Shown here in pieces: positions 1-20,239 of a stretch of DNA of 64,000 nt. This DNA is from Dictyostelium discoideum. Taxonomy: Eukaryota. The DNA lies in NCBI GenBank assembly GCA_000004695.1, contig CM000151.3, forward strand, positions 2,944,001 through 3,008,000. Reading direction: 5' to 3'. A program made the position numbers and the translations under genes. Below the pieces are notes generated by a model that made no database searches, had not been told where the DNA came from, and saw only the letters and a program-made list of their open reading frames with translations. How positions within the stretch are numbered: position 1 is the first letter of the stretch; each line of letters opens with the position of its first letter.

Positions 1-7
1 TTATTAG

Positions 8-1021
8 ACACTTTCAGATCATTGGCATCCTCATGTTAGATATATATCAGAATATTTATTAAATGAAACTGGTAAAAAAGGAATATATTGGAAAATTAGT
101 ACAAAAGATCAACAAATGTCTAAACTTTATTTAGGAAAAGGTTATGAATTAGATGAAGCCAATCAAACAACATTGATAATTGAAGAGAATGGTATGAAAT
201 CTTATATAGATTTATTGGATTTAAAATCAACAGGATTTTATTTAGAACATAGAGATAATAGACAAATTATATCAAACCTTTTCAAAGGTAGAAATGGTGG
301 TTCAATTCTAAATTTATTTGCACATACTTGTTCATTTTCAATTGCACCTTGTGTCAATGGTCATAAAATTCAAACTTATAATATTGATGAGTCAATTAAA
401 AACTTTAAATTTGCAGATAGAAATTTTAAATTGAATGGTTTAGATACAAATTATCATAAATTCTCTCAAAAAGATGTTTTCACACAATTGGATTATTTAA
501 AATCTAAATCCACAAGATTTGATGTAATCGTTTTGGATCCACCACCTCGTACAAAAGGTAATGGTTTTGGTATATTTACAAGTAAAGATTGTTATAGAGA
601 TTTATTACAATTGGCAATACCATTATTAAATCCTGGTGGTTTCATTGCTTCTTTTGTAAATACTCAATCAATATCTGAATCAAAATGGTTAAGACAAATT
701 GGTGTTAAAAATGATTTAGAAATTAATGAAAATCATTCAAAAAAACAAATTACAATACCAACTGATGATAATAATAATAATGATGATTTAAATGAAATTT
801 CACAATTAAATATTAAAGAAGCACAATTTTCAAATTTTACTAAAAATGTATCACCATTTATCAAATTACCTAAATTTAAAGCAGTTCAATATTTTGATCA
901 ATCTCAAGATTTTAATGTAAGAAAAGGTGATGAAAATATTGCACAACAATTAAAAGGTGTATTGTTAAAGAATAAGGTTGACTATTCAAAAACTAAATAT
1001 TATTCAAGTAAACAAGATTAG
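8..1021 (+). CDS. 3'-terminal exon (5'-partial) of a class I SAM-dependent methyltransferase, RlmI/YccW-like (PF10672-type)
   Basis: The open frame runs from the window edge (in-frame stop at 5-7) to TAA at 1019-1021. Motifs NLFAHTCSFSIAPCV, FDVIVLDPPP (the DPP motif) and LLNPGGFIASF are typical of RlmI-like rRNA m5C methyltransferases. A possible acceptor ttattag|A at 6-7 means the upstream exon(s) lie outside the window. Confidence 0.7.
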   Translation, partial: TLSDHWHPHVRYISEYLLNETGKKGIYWKISTKDQQMSKLYLGKGYELDEANQTTLIIEENGMKSYIDLLDLKSTGFYLEHRDNRQIISNLFKGRNGGSILNLFAHTCSFSIAPCVNGHKIQTYNIDESIKNFKFADRNFKLNGLDTNYHKFSQKDVFTQLDYLKSKSTRFDVIVLDPPPRTKGNGFGIFTSKDCYRDLLQLAIPLLNPGGFIASFVNTQSISESKWLRQIGVKNDLEINENHSKKQITIPTDDNNNNDDLNEISQLNIKEAQFSNFTKNVSPFIKLPKFKAVQYFDQSQDFNVRKGDENIAQQLKGVLLKNKVDYSKTKYYSSKQD

Positions 1022-1278
1022 GAATAATAATAATTATATATATTGATTTTTAATTTTTTTAATTTTTTTTTTAATAATAATAATAATAATAATTTTTTTT
1101 ATTTTTTTTTATTTTTTTATACAAATAAAATCCTCATAAATTTTAAAATTAGATTTTACATATGTGTATTTATATATACATATATATTTGTTTTTTTATT
1201 TATTTATTTTTTTTGATTTTTTATTTTTTTTTTTTCCCAAATATCAATATAATGTAAGGATATTTAATTAATTATTTT

Positions 1279-3444
<2,166 letters not shown>

Positions 3445-3467
3445 TTAATTATATTTTTAAAAAAGTT

Positions 3468-3498
<31 letters not shown>

Positions 3499-3774
3499 TA
3501 CAAATTTTATTTTTTAATTATTTATTTATTTATTTATACAAATTTTATTTTAATTCTAATATTACAATTGTTTTTCAAATAAAAATAATTTAACAACAAA
3601 GAAATTTTTTTTTTTTTTTTTTAAAATAAAGATTTAGTTAATCTCCTTTTTTTTTTTTTTTTTTTTTTTATTTTTTTTATTTTTGTTTTTTTTTTTTTTA
3701 TTTGACAGGTTGTTTTTATATTTTTCCTTAAATAAAGAAAAAAATGGTTTATAGATAAAATAAAATCAACAACT

Positions 3775-3809
<35 letters not shown>

Positions 3810-4886
3810 TAGTTATGGTTTTTTATTTGGATTTTATCAAATCATATTTTATTTTTTTAAAAAACTGATAAAACCAAATTATTGCTATTGGTTTGCTTTT
3901 TTGTTTTCCAAAAGGAAAAAAACAAAAAAAAAAAAATTAAAAAAAAATAAAAAAAAATTAAATTATTTTAAATGTTAATTTTAAAAATTAATTTAAAAAT
4001 TAATTTTAGAAATTAATTTAAAATAAAAACAACTGATCGAAAAAAAAAAAAAAAAAAAAAAAAATAAGTTGTTGAATTAAGGAAAAAAAAAAAAACAATA
4101 ACAACAACAACAACAACAGAAATATTGATAGTTATTTTATTTTAAAATAGGTGGGTTTTATATTGCTGATAGTGTTTAAGGGTAATGATAAAAAAAAACA
4201 ATGGTTGAGGTATATAATTTTTTTAATAATTTGAAAAATATGAAAAAAAATAAATAAATAAAATAATTGAAAAAAAAATAAAATTTTAATACAAGGTTAT
4301 TATTTACTACCACACTATAAATAAATAAAAAAATTTTAAACCTTGGAGGTTGCTTATGTATTTGAATAATTTTATTATTATTATTATTATTTTTATTTTT
4401 ATTATTATTTTTTTTTTTTATTTTATTATTTTTTTTATTTTTTTTTTTTATTAATTTATTTTATTAATTTATTAATTTATTTTATTTATTACTATTTAAA
4501 AATAATAATTTTGGTATTGAATGAAGATCTCGAAAAAAAAAAAAAAAAAAAGTGTGAGATTCTAAAGTTTTTTTTTTTTTTTTTTTTTCTTTCTTTCTTT
4601 CTTTCTGAGATTACTAATTTATTCGAAAAAATATAATTATGTTCTTTAATTGCGAATAATGTGGAAATTAGATCTTTTACCAATCACTAAGATTAGTAAG
4701 ACAATGGAAAAAAAACAATAAATTTATTATTGACTTTTTATTATTATTATTTTATTATTTTTATTTATTTTTATTATTATTATAACAAATGTGTTTTTTT
4801 TTTTATAATTATTTCTTATATGAAATTATTTTGACGCAATTGTTGAAAATCAAAATTATTATTTTTAAAAGAAATTTTGTAAAATG

Positions 4887-4921
<35 letters not shown>

Positions 4922-4986
4922 ATTTATTATTATCTATTGTTATAGGGAAAGAGGATTGTAATTTTTAAAAAATTACAAAGGCTAAA

Positions 4987-5060
<74 letters not shown>

Positions 5061-5211
5061 ATTATTATAATTGTTATTGTTATATTATTTAAAACCACAC
5101 AAACACACAGCACACAAACCACACTTTTTTAATCATATAAATTTTATAATTATAATTATTTATATTAAAATGGAAAAAAAAAAAAAAAAAAAAAAAAGTG
5201 AATGGAAGAAG

Positions 5212-5242
<31 letters not shown>

Positions 5243-5518
5243 GAATAAATTTATAAAATATATGAAATATATAAAAAATAAATAAATTTTATAATTTAAT
5301 TATTTATACTCTGTAAAGGTAGTTACTATTTGAAATTTATAGCCGACTGTTTTATAATTCCTTTTCAGGTTTATTTTTTAGTATTTATAATTGTTTAAAT
5401 TTGATTTTTTATTTTTTATTTTTTATTTTTTTGGTTTTTTTTTTTTTTGGTTTTTGATTTAATTAAAAATTATTTAAAAAAGATGGTATAAATACTACTA
5501 AATAATGATAGTTAAACA

Positions 5519-5730
5519 ACACACACACACTCTCTCTCTCTCTCATTCACACTCATTCACACAAAGACACCACTGATATTATTTTTTATAAAAAAAAAAG
5601 AAAATAAAAATATGATAATTGTGATAGTGAGTTAAGATGGCGAATATAAATTAAGTGTGAGTGTGTTTGAGAGAGACAGACAGAGAGTGTGTGTGTGTAG
5701 TGTGTTTGAGAGAGAGTGTGTGTATGTGGT
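5519..5730. repeat. imperfect inverted repeat of composite (CA)n(CT)n / (AG)n(TG)n microsatellite arms (about 45-75 nt each) around an 85-nt AT-rich spacer
   Basis: The left arm is acacacacacactctctctctctctcattcacactcattcacac (5519-5565). The right arm, 5655-5730, reverse-complements to ...acacacacactctctgtctgtctctctcaaacacactcacac. Confidence 0.7.
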
Positions 5731-5947
5731 TAAATTTATATTGGTAGGAGGTGGTAAAGAAAAAATACTTTAAATTAAAATAAATATGTTTCTATAATAT
5801 ATTTTTTATTGTTATTGTTGTAGTTGTTGTTGTTAAAATTGTATTTGAAATTTTGATAGTTTAATAATAGTCATTGACTGGTTGGTTGTAAGAGTGGTTG
5901 GTTATAATAAATGGTTGGCTGTTTAGTTTGGCTGCAGCAAAACAATG

Positions 5948-6001
<54 letters not shown>

Positions 6002-6040
6002 GTAGTTGTGGTTAGAAAGAGTTGTTAAAGTGTTATAAAA

Positions 6041-6077
<37 letters not shown>

Positions 6078-6588
6078 CCATATTCACCTTTTTATTTATT
6101 ATTTTTATTTATTTTTATTTTTATTTTATTATAATGTCATGATATTTTAGTATATCCATCTACAAAACAAATATAAAAGGATTAAAAACAAAAAGAAATT
6201 GAAACAACAAATGAGATGAGAGTAAAAAAAAAAAAAACAATAAAAAACAATAAATAAATAAACAAAAAAAAAAAAAAAAATTAAAAAATTAAAAAATTAA
6301 TATTTAAACATTATAAATAAAATCCACAAAAAAAAAAAAGAATACTATTTGAAAACCATTTATTGTAGTTATAATTTATAAATTTATTCAATGGGAGTAT
6401 TATTATTAGTAATATTAATTTTTTATTGTTGTTTTTGTTTTTGGTGTTATTAAACACCATTTATTAACCACTATATAACACACTCACACTATTTATAATA
6501 TTATAAAATAATTATTCCCATTTGTAGATATGATTGTCAATTTTTTTATTTATATTTATGTGTGTAACATATCACATATATCATATAT

Positions 6589-6647
<59 letters not shown>

Positions 6648-6990
6648 AAAATAAAAAATAAAAAATAAATTTTATTGCTATTGTCTCACTACAATAAAAT
6701 AACAATAAAATTTTAACCAAATATTTTTCTTCTATGAGGAAATAAACCTCTGAATAAGTTTTTAACAATATATTCTTTTTTTCTATATCTCTTTTTATTT
6801 TTTTTATTTTTATTTTTATTTTTATTTTTATTTTTATTTTTTGTGAATTCTTAAAAATTTTACTTAAAAATCTAAATGTAAAAAAAAAAAATAATAATTA
6901 TAATAATTTGAGGGATAAATATTGTTAAGGTAAAATTTTATTAATTTTTATTATTTTATTATTTTATTATCATTTTATTATTATTATAAT

Positions 6991-7033
<43 letters not shown>

Positions 7034-7217
7034 GTATTAAGCAGATCTACATCTTGAAAATTGTATGGGTTTGTGTAATGCATTTGAAAAAATTTCCCAA
7101 AATAAAAAAAAAAAAATTGGTTTTTACAATAAAATATTTTAGTACAAATTCACATATCTAAGATTTTAAAAATTTCATCCCATATTGATATTATGGGTGT
7201 ATTAAAAAAGGATTGTT

Positions 7218-7225
7218 TCCCATAA
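7218..7225 (+). promoter_or_regulatory. DUSE-like motif TCCCATAA (Dictyostelium upstream sequence element consensus [AT]CCCA[CT]AA)
   Basis: Exact consensus match on the + strand. A hairpin (cccatat..tatggg at 7173-7195) lies just upstream and a G/T-rich patch (7281-7305) lies about 60 nt downstream. Confidence 0.3.
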
Positions 7226-7457
7226 AATTTAAAAAACAATTTTTTATTTTTTGTTTAATTTTATTTTATTTCATTTCATTTGGTTGTGGTGTTTTGTCGG
7301 GTGGTTAAAAAAATAAATAAAAAAAAAAAACAAATTTCTAAAATTTCGTTAGTTTTTACAATTTTTATTTTATTTTTTTTTTTATTTTTTTTTTTATTTT
7401 TTTTTTTATTATTATGATCAAATATCACACCTATCTAAATTAGTATAATAAGATAAT

Positions 7458-9000
7458 ATGATACGATTAGTATATAATAATTTTCGAAAACTTCCAAAAA
7501 CGCTTTTAATACCATCATTCCAAAAACAACCACATCCCATACATTTTAATTTCAACAAAAAACATTTTTTTACTACTATTAATAATAATAATACCAATGA
7601 AACAATATTAACAACTGAAAATACCCCCACCAATTTAACCCCAAATAATAATAATAAAATAATAATTAAAAATACTGAAGATGAAATTAAAGAAACAATA
7701 TTTTCTGTTCAAAGGTTTTTATTTATTTATTTATTATTTTTTTTTAGAAAATAATATTAATAATTTTCTTTTTTCTTTTTTCTTTTTATTTTTTTTTTTT
7801 TATTTTTTTTTACTTTTAATAATAAAGGGAATTAAATATTATAGAATTAAATGATTGGTATAATGTTAATATTACAAAAATATTTTCAGAGAATAAAGAA
7901 CTTAAAAATAGTGAAATTAGTAAACCAATTTTAAAATTACAACAAATATTTAGAGATAATTTTGAATATTCATTTTATGAGATGTTAAAATTTGCATACC
8001 CTAAAGAAGAATGGGATAGAGTTAAATTGGTAAAATCAATTGATAGGAATAAATATTTTTGGTTAAATCAAGATAATATTGATTCTTTTATTCAATCTTT
8101 TACAACTGATATGAAATTCGATCAAACTCATCGTAAATTTGATAGGTTTCGATATAGTGATGAAAATGAAACTGATAATGAATATCTTAAACAATGGTAT
8201 AAAGTTCAAAAAAATGATTTTATAAAATTTAAAGGTCGTCCAATAATTGCACAATTTAATGATTCAATTTATGGTTTTCTTTGTAGTTATTATCCAAATT
8301 ATAATTTTAAACCTTGGTTATTTACATCAGCTCCAAGGTATACCTTATTTATTATTAATTTATTATTAATTAATTATTTATTAATTTATTAATTATTTAT
8401 TAATTTTTTTATTATTATTTTTTATTATTTATTAGAAATTTTTGGAAACCAATTGAAAATCAAAAACAATATTTACAATGGTTAGGTAAACAAATAGGAT
8501 TCACAGAATATAACCATTGGTATGGTATTGGTAAAAATGATTTTGTTAAAAATAATGGATCATCTTTATTATTATTATATAATGGATCACCAGCAAAAGT
8601 GATTATAGAAGTTTTTAAAGATGATTATGATTGGAAAGTTTGGAAATTTAATAATTTACCAATATTAAATGATAATAAAAATAATGTTGATAATAATAAT
8701 GATAATAATAAAAATAATAAAATTGAAGAAATTAAAGATGAATTAAAAACTTTAAGAGAATTTTTTAAATTTGCAGGAGAATATTATAATATTTTAGATA
8801 TTAAAGATTGGTATAGAGTTTCAAATTCACAAATTCAATATATTGGTGGATCACAACTTGTTAAAAAACATGGTGGATTATTTAATTGTTTAGAGATTTT
8901 ATATCCAGAAGAGAAATGGGATTATCATATTTATTCACAACCTGGTAAAAAATCATCACAACGTTTATTATCAATTTATTTAAATCATTTATTTATTCAA

Positions 9001-9035
<35 letters not shown>

Positions 9036-9407
9036 TAATAATAATATTGAAATATTTGAAGATTATAGACATCCAAATTTAAAATATCAACAATTAAGTA
9101 ATCATTCATTTCATTTAGATTTTTTTATACCTCAATTATCATTAGCATTTGAATATCAAGGTAAACAACATTATATGGATGTTCCACGTTTTGGTGATTC
9201 TACAATATATCAAAATCGTGATAATGAAAAAAGATTAATTTGTAAGAATAATAATATCACAATCATTGAAATTCCATTTTGGTGGGATAATCAAATTGAA
9301 TCTTTAATTGGTACAATTATCACTGAATTACCAAATTTAAAAGATCAATTATTAATAAATTATAAAAATTATTTATTAAATTATAAAAAAAATAATAATC
9401 AAATTAT

Positions 9408-9438
<31 letters not shown>

Positions 9439-9693
9439 CAAATTATTAATAATAAAAATGATAATAATAATAATAATAATAATAATGGTGATAATGGTGA
9501 TAATGGTGATAATAATAAAAATAAAAATAATAATAATAATAATAATTTAAAAAATATTAATGATAATAATAATAATAATGATAATAATAATAAAAATGGT
9601 AATAATAATCAAATTGATTTTGACACTTTTTTACCAATATCAAAAACACCACAAAAGGTTAGTAATCGTAAAAGACTTTTCAATAAAGAATGA
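7458..9693 (+). CDS. hypothetical protein of about 674 aa, with an N-terminal mitochondrial-presequence-like segment and a C-terminal DUF559/Vsr-like (PD-(D/E)xK-type) nuclease-like region; join(7458..7714,7828..8337,8436..9693)
   Basis: Three frame-compatible pieces. Exon 1 opens MIRLVYNNFRKLPKTLLIPSFQK (basic, no acidic residues). The exon 2/3 junction AG|GTATAC ... TTATTAG|A keeps frame (split codon aga). The C-terminus reads HLDFFIPQLSLAFEYQGKQHY...RDNEKRLICKNNNITIIEIPFWWD, which resembles DUF559-type endonuclease-like domains. The intron-1 donor GTTTTT is non-consensus, so exon 1 is uncertain; an alternative start is ATG 7982. Confidence 0.5.
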
Positions 9694-9807
9694 TTTTTGA
9701 ATAAATCTAAAATTTAATCTTAAACAAAAGAAAAAAAAGTGGTTGGAAAATTTTTTTTAATTTATTTATTTGTTTAAAGAATAAAACAAATATATTATTT
9801 TTATTTC

Positions 9808-9838
<31 letters not shown>

Positions 9839-10095
9839 TTAAAATAATCTTTTAACTATAGTACTCAAATAAATAAAAAAATAAATAAAAAGTCATAAAA
9901 GAATAAAATTAAGGTTTGGAGAAAAAAAAAAAAAAAAAAAAAAATTTATTTATTTTTTTATTTATTTATTTTACAACCAATTATAACCACCATTAGATTT
10001 AAAAATTTTTTAATAAAAATTATAATATTTATTAACTTTTTGATTTATTTGAAATCAATGATTATTAATATAAATATAGCACCATTAACCACTTA

Positions 10096-10103
10096 TCCCA
10101 CAA
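10096..10103 (+). promoter_or_regulatory. DUSE-like motif TCCCACAA followed about 45-80 nt downstream by a short hairpin and a T18 tract (a possible Pol III-type small RNA unit)
   Basis: Exact match to [AT]CCCA[CT]AA. Downstream there is a tctatcAATTGCgataga hairpin (10146-10163) and then T-run 10183-10200. Confidence 0.3.
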
Positions 10104-10865
10104 TAAAATAAAATATAAAAACTAAACCATGTAATCTTTATTTCCATCTCTATCAATTGCGATAGATAAATCTGATTGAGTTTTTTTTTTTTTTTTTTTT
10201 TGTTTTTTTTTTCCTTTTTTCATTTTCTTTTTTTTATTAAAAAGGTGAAGACGGTAATACCAATAAAAGCAATTGTAAGTTTTTTGTAAATAAGATAAAT
10301 TATATATAATTAACAATTATTTAATATTTTTTTAAAGATACAAAATGGTGCATGTATTACCATTTTTATTTAATTTATTTTATTTTTTTTTTATTTTATT
10401 TTATTTTTTATGAACCTAGTGCGTGTGTGTATGTGTGTGGTTATTAATTTGATATAACCCACCCAGAATATCTAAATAAGCCAGTTGTTTTACCTTTTCT
10501 TTTTTTAATTTCCTTTTTATTTTTTTTAAATTTTTCATTTTTCATTTTCGAAATGACTTTCCCACATTATCTTATTTTTTTTTCCATTATTTTTTTTATT
10601 TGCAAATAAAATTTTTTTTTTTTTTTTTTTTTTTTTAATTTTTTTTATTTTTTTTTTATTTTTTTGGTATTTTTTTTTTTGTATAAAATTCACCTCTTTC
10701 ATATTCTCTCCTCTGCAATATAAATTTTTTGTTTAACAAATTTTTTTTTTTTTTAATGTTTTTTTAAATATTAATTATAATTTTAATTTAAAATAGAAAA
10801 TAAAAAATTAAAAAAAAAAAAAAAAAAAAAAAACGCACATTTTACTTTTGCACAAATTAAAAAGG

Positions 10866-10903
<38 letters not shown>

Positions 10904-11220
10904 GAAATCAATTAAACAATACATTTCGCAATATTTATTATAATTGTAATATTACATTAACAAAAGATAAAGTAGAGGGAAATAAAGGATATAAATAGAA
11001 AAAGAAGGAGAAGAAGTGGTGCGTAGTTAAATTATTATTATAATTTTATATTATAATAAAAAGATAATTTATTTATTGGTCATAATAATTTTACTTTTAA
11101 TATAATAACTTTTATAATTAAAAAAAAAAAAAAAAAAAAAAAAACAAAAACAAAAAAGTATATATTAAATAAATTTAAAAAAACACGCGTGTATATCCCC
11201 ATATATATATACGAAAAGAA

Positions 11221-15208
<3,988 letters not shown>

Positions 15209-15445
15209 TTATAATTTTAATAATTATAAATTCTATTTTTCTTTTTTTTATTTATGTTTAAATAAAAAAAAAAAGTAAAGTTATTTATAACTTTTTTAGT
15301 TTGATTTTTTTTTATTATCTTTTTTTTTTTTTTTATTAATCTTTTTTTTTTTTTTTTTTTTGTTTATTTTTTATTTTTTATTATATGTCATATTTTATTT
15401 GTTTTATAAATTATTTGGTATTAATTTTTTATTATTTTTTTTTTT

Positions 15446-17113
<1,668 letters not shown>

Positions 17114-17236
17114 TTTTTATTTTTTAATTAAAAAAAAATATATATATATAATTTTAAAGTAGTTTAAAGTGACTGGTTGTGTGCTGAGAAAAATAAATTG
17201 AAAAATTTTGAAAATAAAAAAAAAATTTGAAAAAAA

Positions 17237-17284
<48 letters not shown>

Positions 17285-17761
17285 AAGATAATATATTGTG
17301 AAAAACGAAAAAAATTGATTAATTGTTTTTATTTTTTTTATTTTTTTATTTTTTTTTTTTTTTCCTTTTTTTTGTTTTATACTGGGACTTTGTGTTTTGA
17401 TTAAAAAAAAAAAAAAAAAAAAGAAAAAAAGAAATAAAAATAGTCAAATGAAAAAAAACCAAAATTAAAATTTTAAAAATTATTTTCATTTTTTGGCCTG
17501 GTTATTTTTAACCAGGAAATTAAAAAAAAAAAATTAAATTAATTTTGGTTTTTAAATAGAAAAGATTTTTAATAAAAAAAAAAAAAAAAATAAAAAAAAA
17601 AAAAAATAAAAAAAAAGATTTGTTTGAAAAATTAGTAATAGCACCTTTTGTTTTACTATTGACTTTTATTTGGTTATTATTTTATTATTATTATTATTAT
17701 TTTTTAAAAAATAATTATTATTTAGTTTAAATGTACAGAATGATAATATTGAGCTAGATTA

Positions 17762-18361
17762 TTAAATATAAATAGGATGATAAGGTTTTTTTCCATGCAA
17801 TTTTGCATTGCAGACCGGACAGCTTTTTTTCTTTTTTAAGGCATTGACGATACAATCAGAGCAAAATATATGCCCACAAAGAGTTGAGACATATGGCTTT
17901 GTATCTTCAAAACAAATTGGACATTCCAAATTTTTTGATTTTTTATCACCGCCATTGGATTGCGTATCAATTGCTTTCTTTGATTCATTTTCTTTTTCCA
18001 TTTCTTTTTGAAGTTTCCAAAGTTCTGAATTTTCAGATATCGAGGATAATGATGAGTTACCTTGTTTTTCGAGTATATGAATTACCTCTGGTTTAGTTGT
18101 TTGGATGGATGCTGTTGCAGTAGTGTTGTTGTTATTGCTATTATTGTTATTTCTGACAGCTGAACGATTTGTGCCAACCAAAGATTGACGATTTGTTGGT
18201 CTAAAAAATGAGTCGTCGCTTGAGTCACTATTGCGGTCCCTACCACCAAACCCAAAACTAATGTCAATATTTTCATCAAAAAGATCCTCTGGACTAATTG
18301 GGAATTGATTTCTACGATCAAAGTGAACATCATCATCATCATCGTCTTCATCATCATCGTC

Positions 18362-18394
<33 letters not shown>

Positions 18395-19492
18395 GTCATC
18401 GTCGGTATCAAAATTATGATAATGTTTTCTCTTTTTTAAACTATTACCACCATTACCATTATTACCAATAGGGCCATTTCCTACAGCACTACCACTATGA
18501 TTATTAAAAATGTTTAATACTATTGGAAATTGTTGTTGAGATGGTGGTGGTGGTGGCTGATGTTGTGTTCTAGAATTAAAGAAACTATTATTTCTAAAAA
18601 AAGTAAAGTCATTCGCTTGTCTATTAAGGAATCTATTATTACTATTATTATTACTATTATTATTTCTATCATTATTATGATTATTATTATTATTAGCTAA
18701 ACGTGTTGCTGTCAGTACTAAAACTGGTGATTGTGGTGGAGAAAGAGTAAGATCCACAACTCTGTCATATAAAAAAAAAAAAAAAATTAATAAATCAATG
18801 TCAACAAAAACCGTGGTGTATATTATAACTTACTCTTTATCTTGATTGTTGTTTTGGTTATTTACATTTGTGGTGGTGGTAGTGGTAGTTGTGGAAGTTT
18901 CAGTAGTTTCAGTATTTGAAATAGGTGTGGGTTTATCATTATCATTTTCACCATCATCATCTTCATCATCTTCATCATCATCACTCAAATCTATAATAAC
19001 TACCTGTCTACTTGATTGGCGTTGATTCTGTTTTTCACCCTCTTTTTTGATATTAAGGTCTATTTGTTGTGATTGTTGTGATTGTTGTGATTGTTGTGAT
19101 TGTTGTGATTGTTGTTCCTCTTCTTTATTTTGTTCTCCATTTTGTTGTTCATTTTCTTCATTATGTTGTTCATTTTCTCTATTTTCTTGTTTCTCCTCTA
19201 CATTTTGCTTCACCTCTTCATTTTGTTTCTCCTCTTCATTTTGTTTCACCTCTTCATTTTGTTTCTCCTCTTCATTTTTTTTCTCCTCTTCATTTTGTTG
19301 TATTGGGTTCTTCACACCAAATGCGAAATCCTCTTGTGGGTTTTCATGTTGAACTAATTGAGAGGTACCATGAGCAATTGTTTTATTTTTATCATCTTTT
19401 TGTTGCTTATTTTCTTCATCTATCTGCCTATCCATCAATTCAAATATATCATTTAAAATTTCGGGTATATCTTGTGATGTTTGGCTGTCCAT
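17762..19492 (-). CDS. RNF4-like SUMO-targeted RING E3 ubiquitin ligase (STUbL), about 552 aa; complement(join(17762..18761,18834..19492))
   Basis: The C-terminus CPICFEDTKPYVSTLCGHIFCSDCIVNALKKKKSCPVCNAKLHGKKPYHPIYI* is nearly collinear with the RNF4 RING and tail (...CPTCRKKINHKRYHPIYI). Exon 1 carries an acidic SUMO-interaction motif, RQVVIIDLSDDDEDDEDDD, and exon 2 carries a poly-D tract plus a second hydrophobic core, VIHILE. The 72-nt intron (GTAAGT...ACAG) is phase-2 consistent (split codon gaa). The ORF track began exon 2 at GTG; no ATG is needed under this model. Confidence 0.75.
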
Positions 19493-19681
19493 TTTATAAT
19501 AATATTATTTTATTATTATTTAATATATACTTTTAATATTAGATGATATCTTTAATTCTGTATAACTTGTAAACTTGGTTTTTATAATTTGAAGGTGTGA
19601 AACATTTATTGTGTATATTTTTTTTTAATTTTTATCTTTTGAAATATCTCTTTGAAAAATTCAAGTTTGAAAAAATATGAG

Positions 19682-19712
<31 letters not shown>

Positions 19713-20189
19713 ATTTTAAAAAAATTTTTTTTGTATTTATTTTTATTTTTATTTAATTTTTTTTTTTTTTATTTTTATTTTTTTTTATTTTTTTTTCTGA
19801 CCCATAAATAGTAGTTCGATTTATTCCAAGCATTGTTGGAAGAAAGAAAAAAAAAAAAACAATAAAATAACCAACTTGGTTCATTTCCAATATTTTGAAA
19901 GTTTTTTTGATTATAAAAAAAAAAAAAAAAAAACCATAAATAAAGTTTAGTCCAACCACAAAATTTTTAATTAACAAAAACATAGCCCGGCTTTTAAAAG
20001 CCACAATTTATTACAAAAAAAAAAAAAAGACAGAAAATTAAAATATGGAAATTGTATTTTTTTTTAAAATTTTTTTGTTTTTTTATTTTTTTTATTTATT
20101 TATTTATTATATTAATAATAATTATTATTATTAATTTTATAAATTGGTAATTATAATAGTACATGGGTTTTTCTTTTTTTTTTTTTTTT

Positions 20190-20239
<50 letters not shown>

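Noticed and set aside
19047-19536. Three overlapping + strand ORFs (poly-C/V/L/F translations), antisense to the RNF4-like gene
   Set aside because: They are alternative-frame or antisense readings of the GAA/CAA-rich coding repeats of the minus-strand gene. They have extreme low complexity and no start context.
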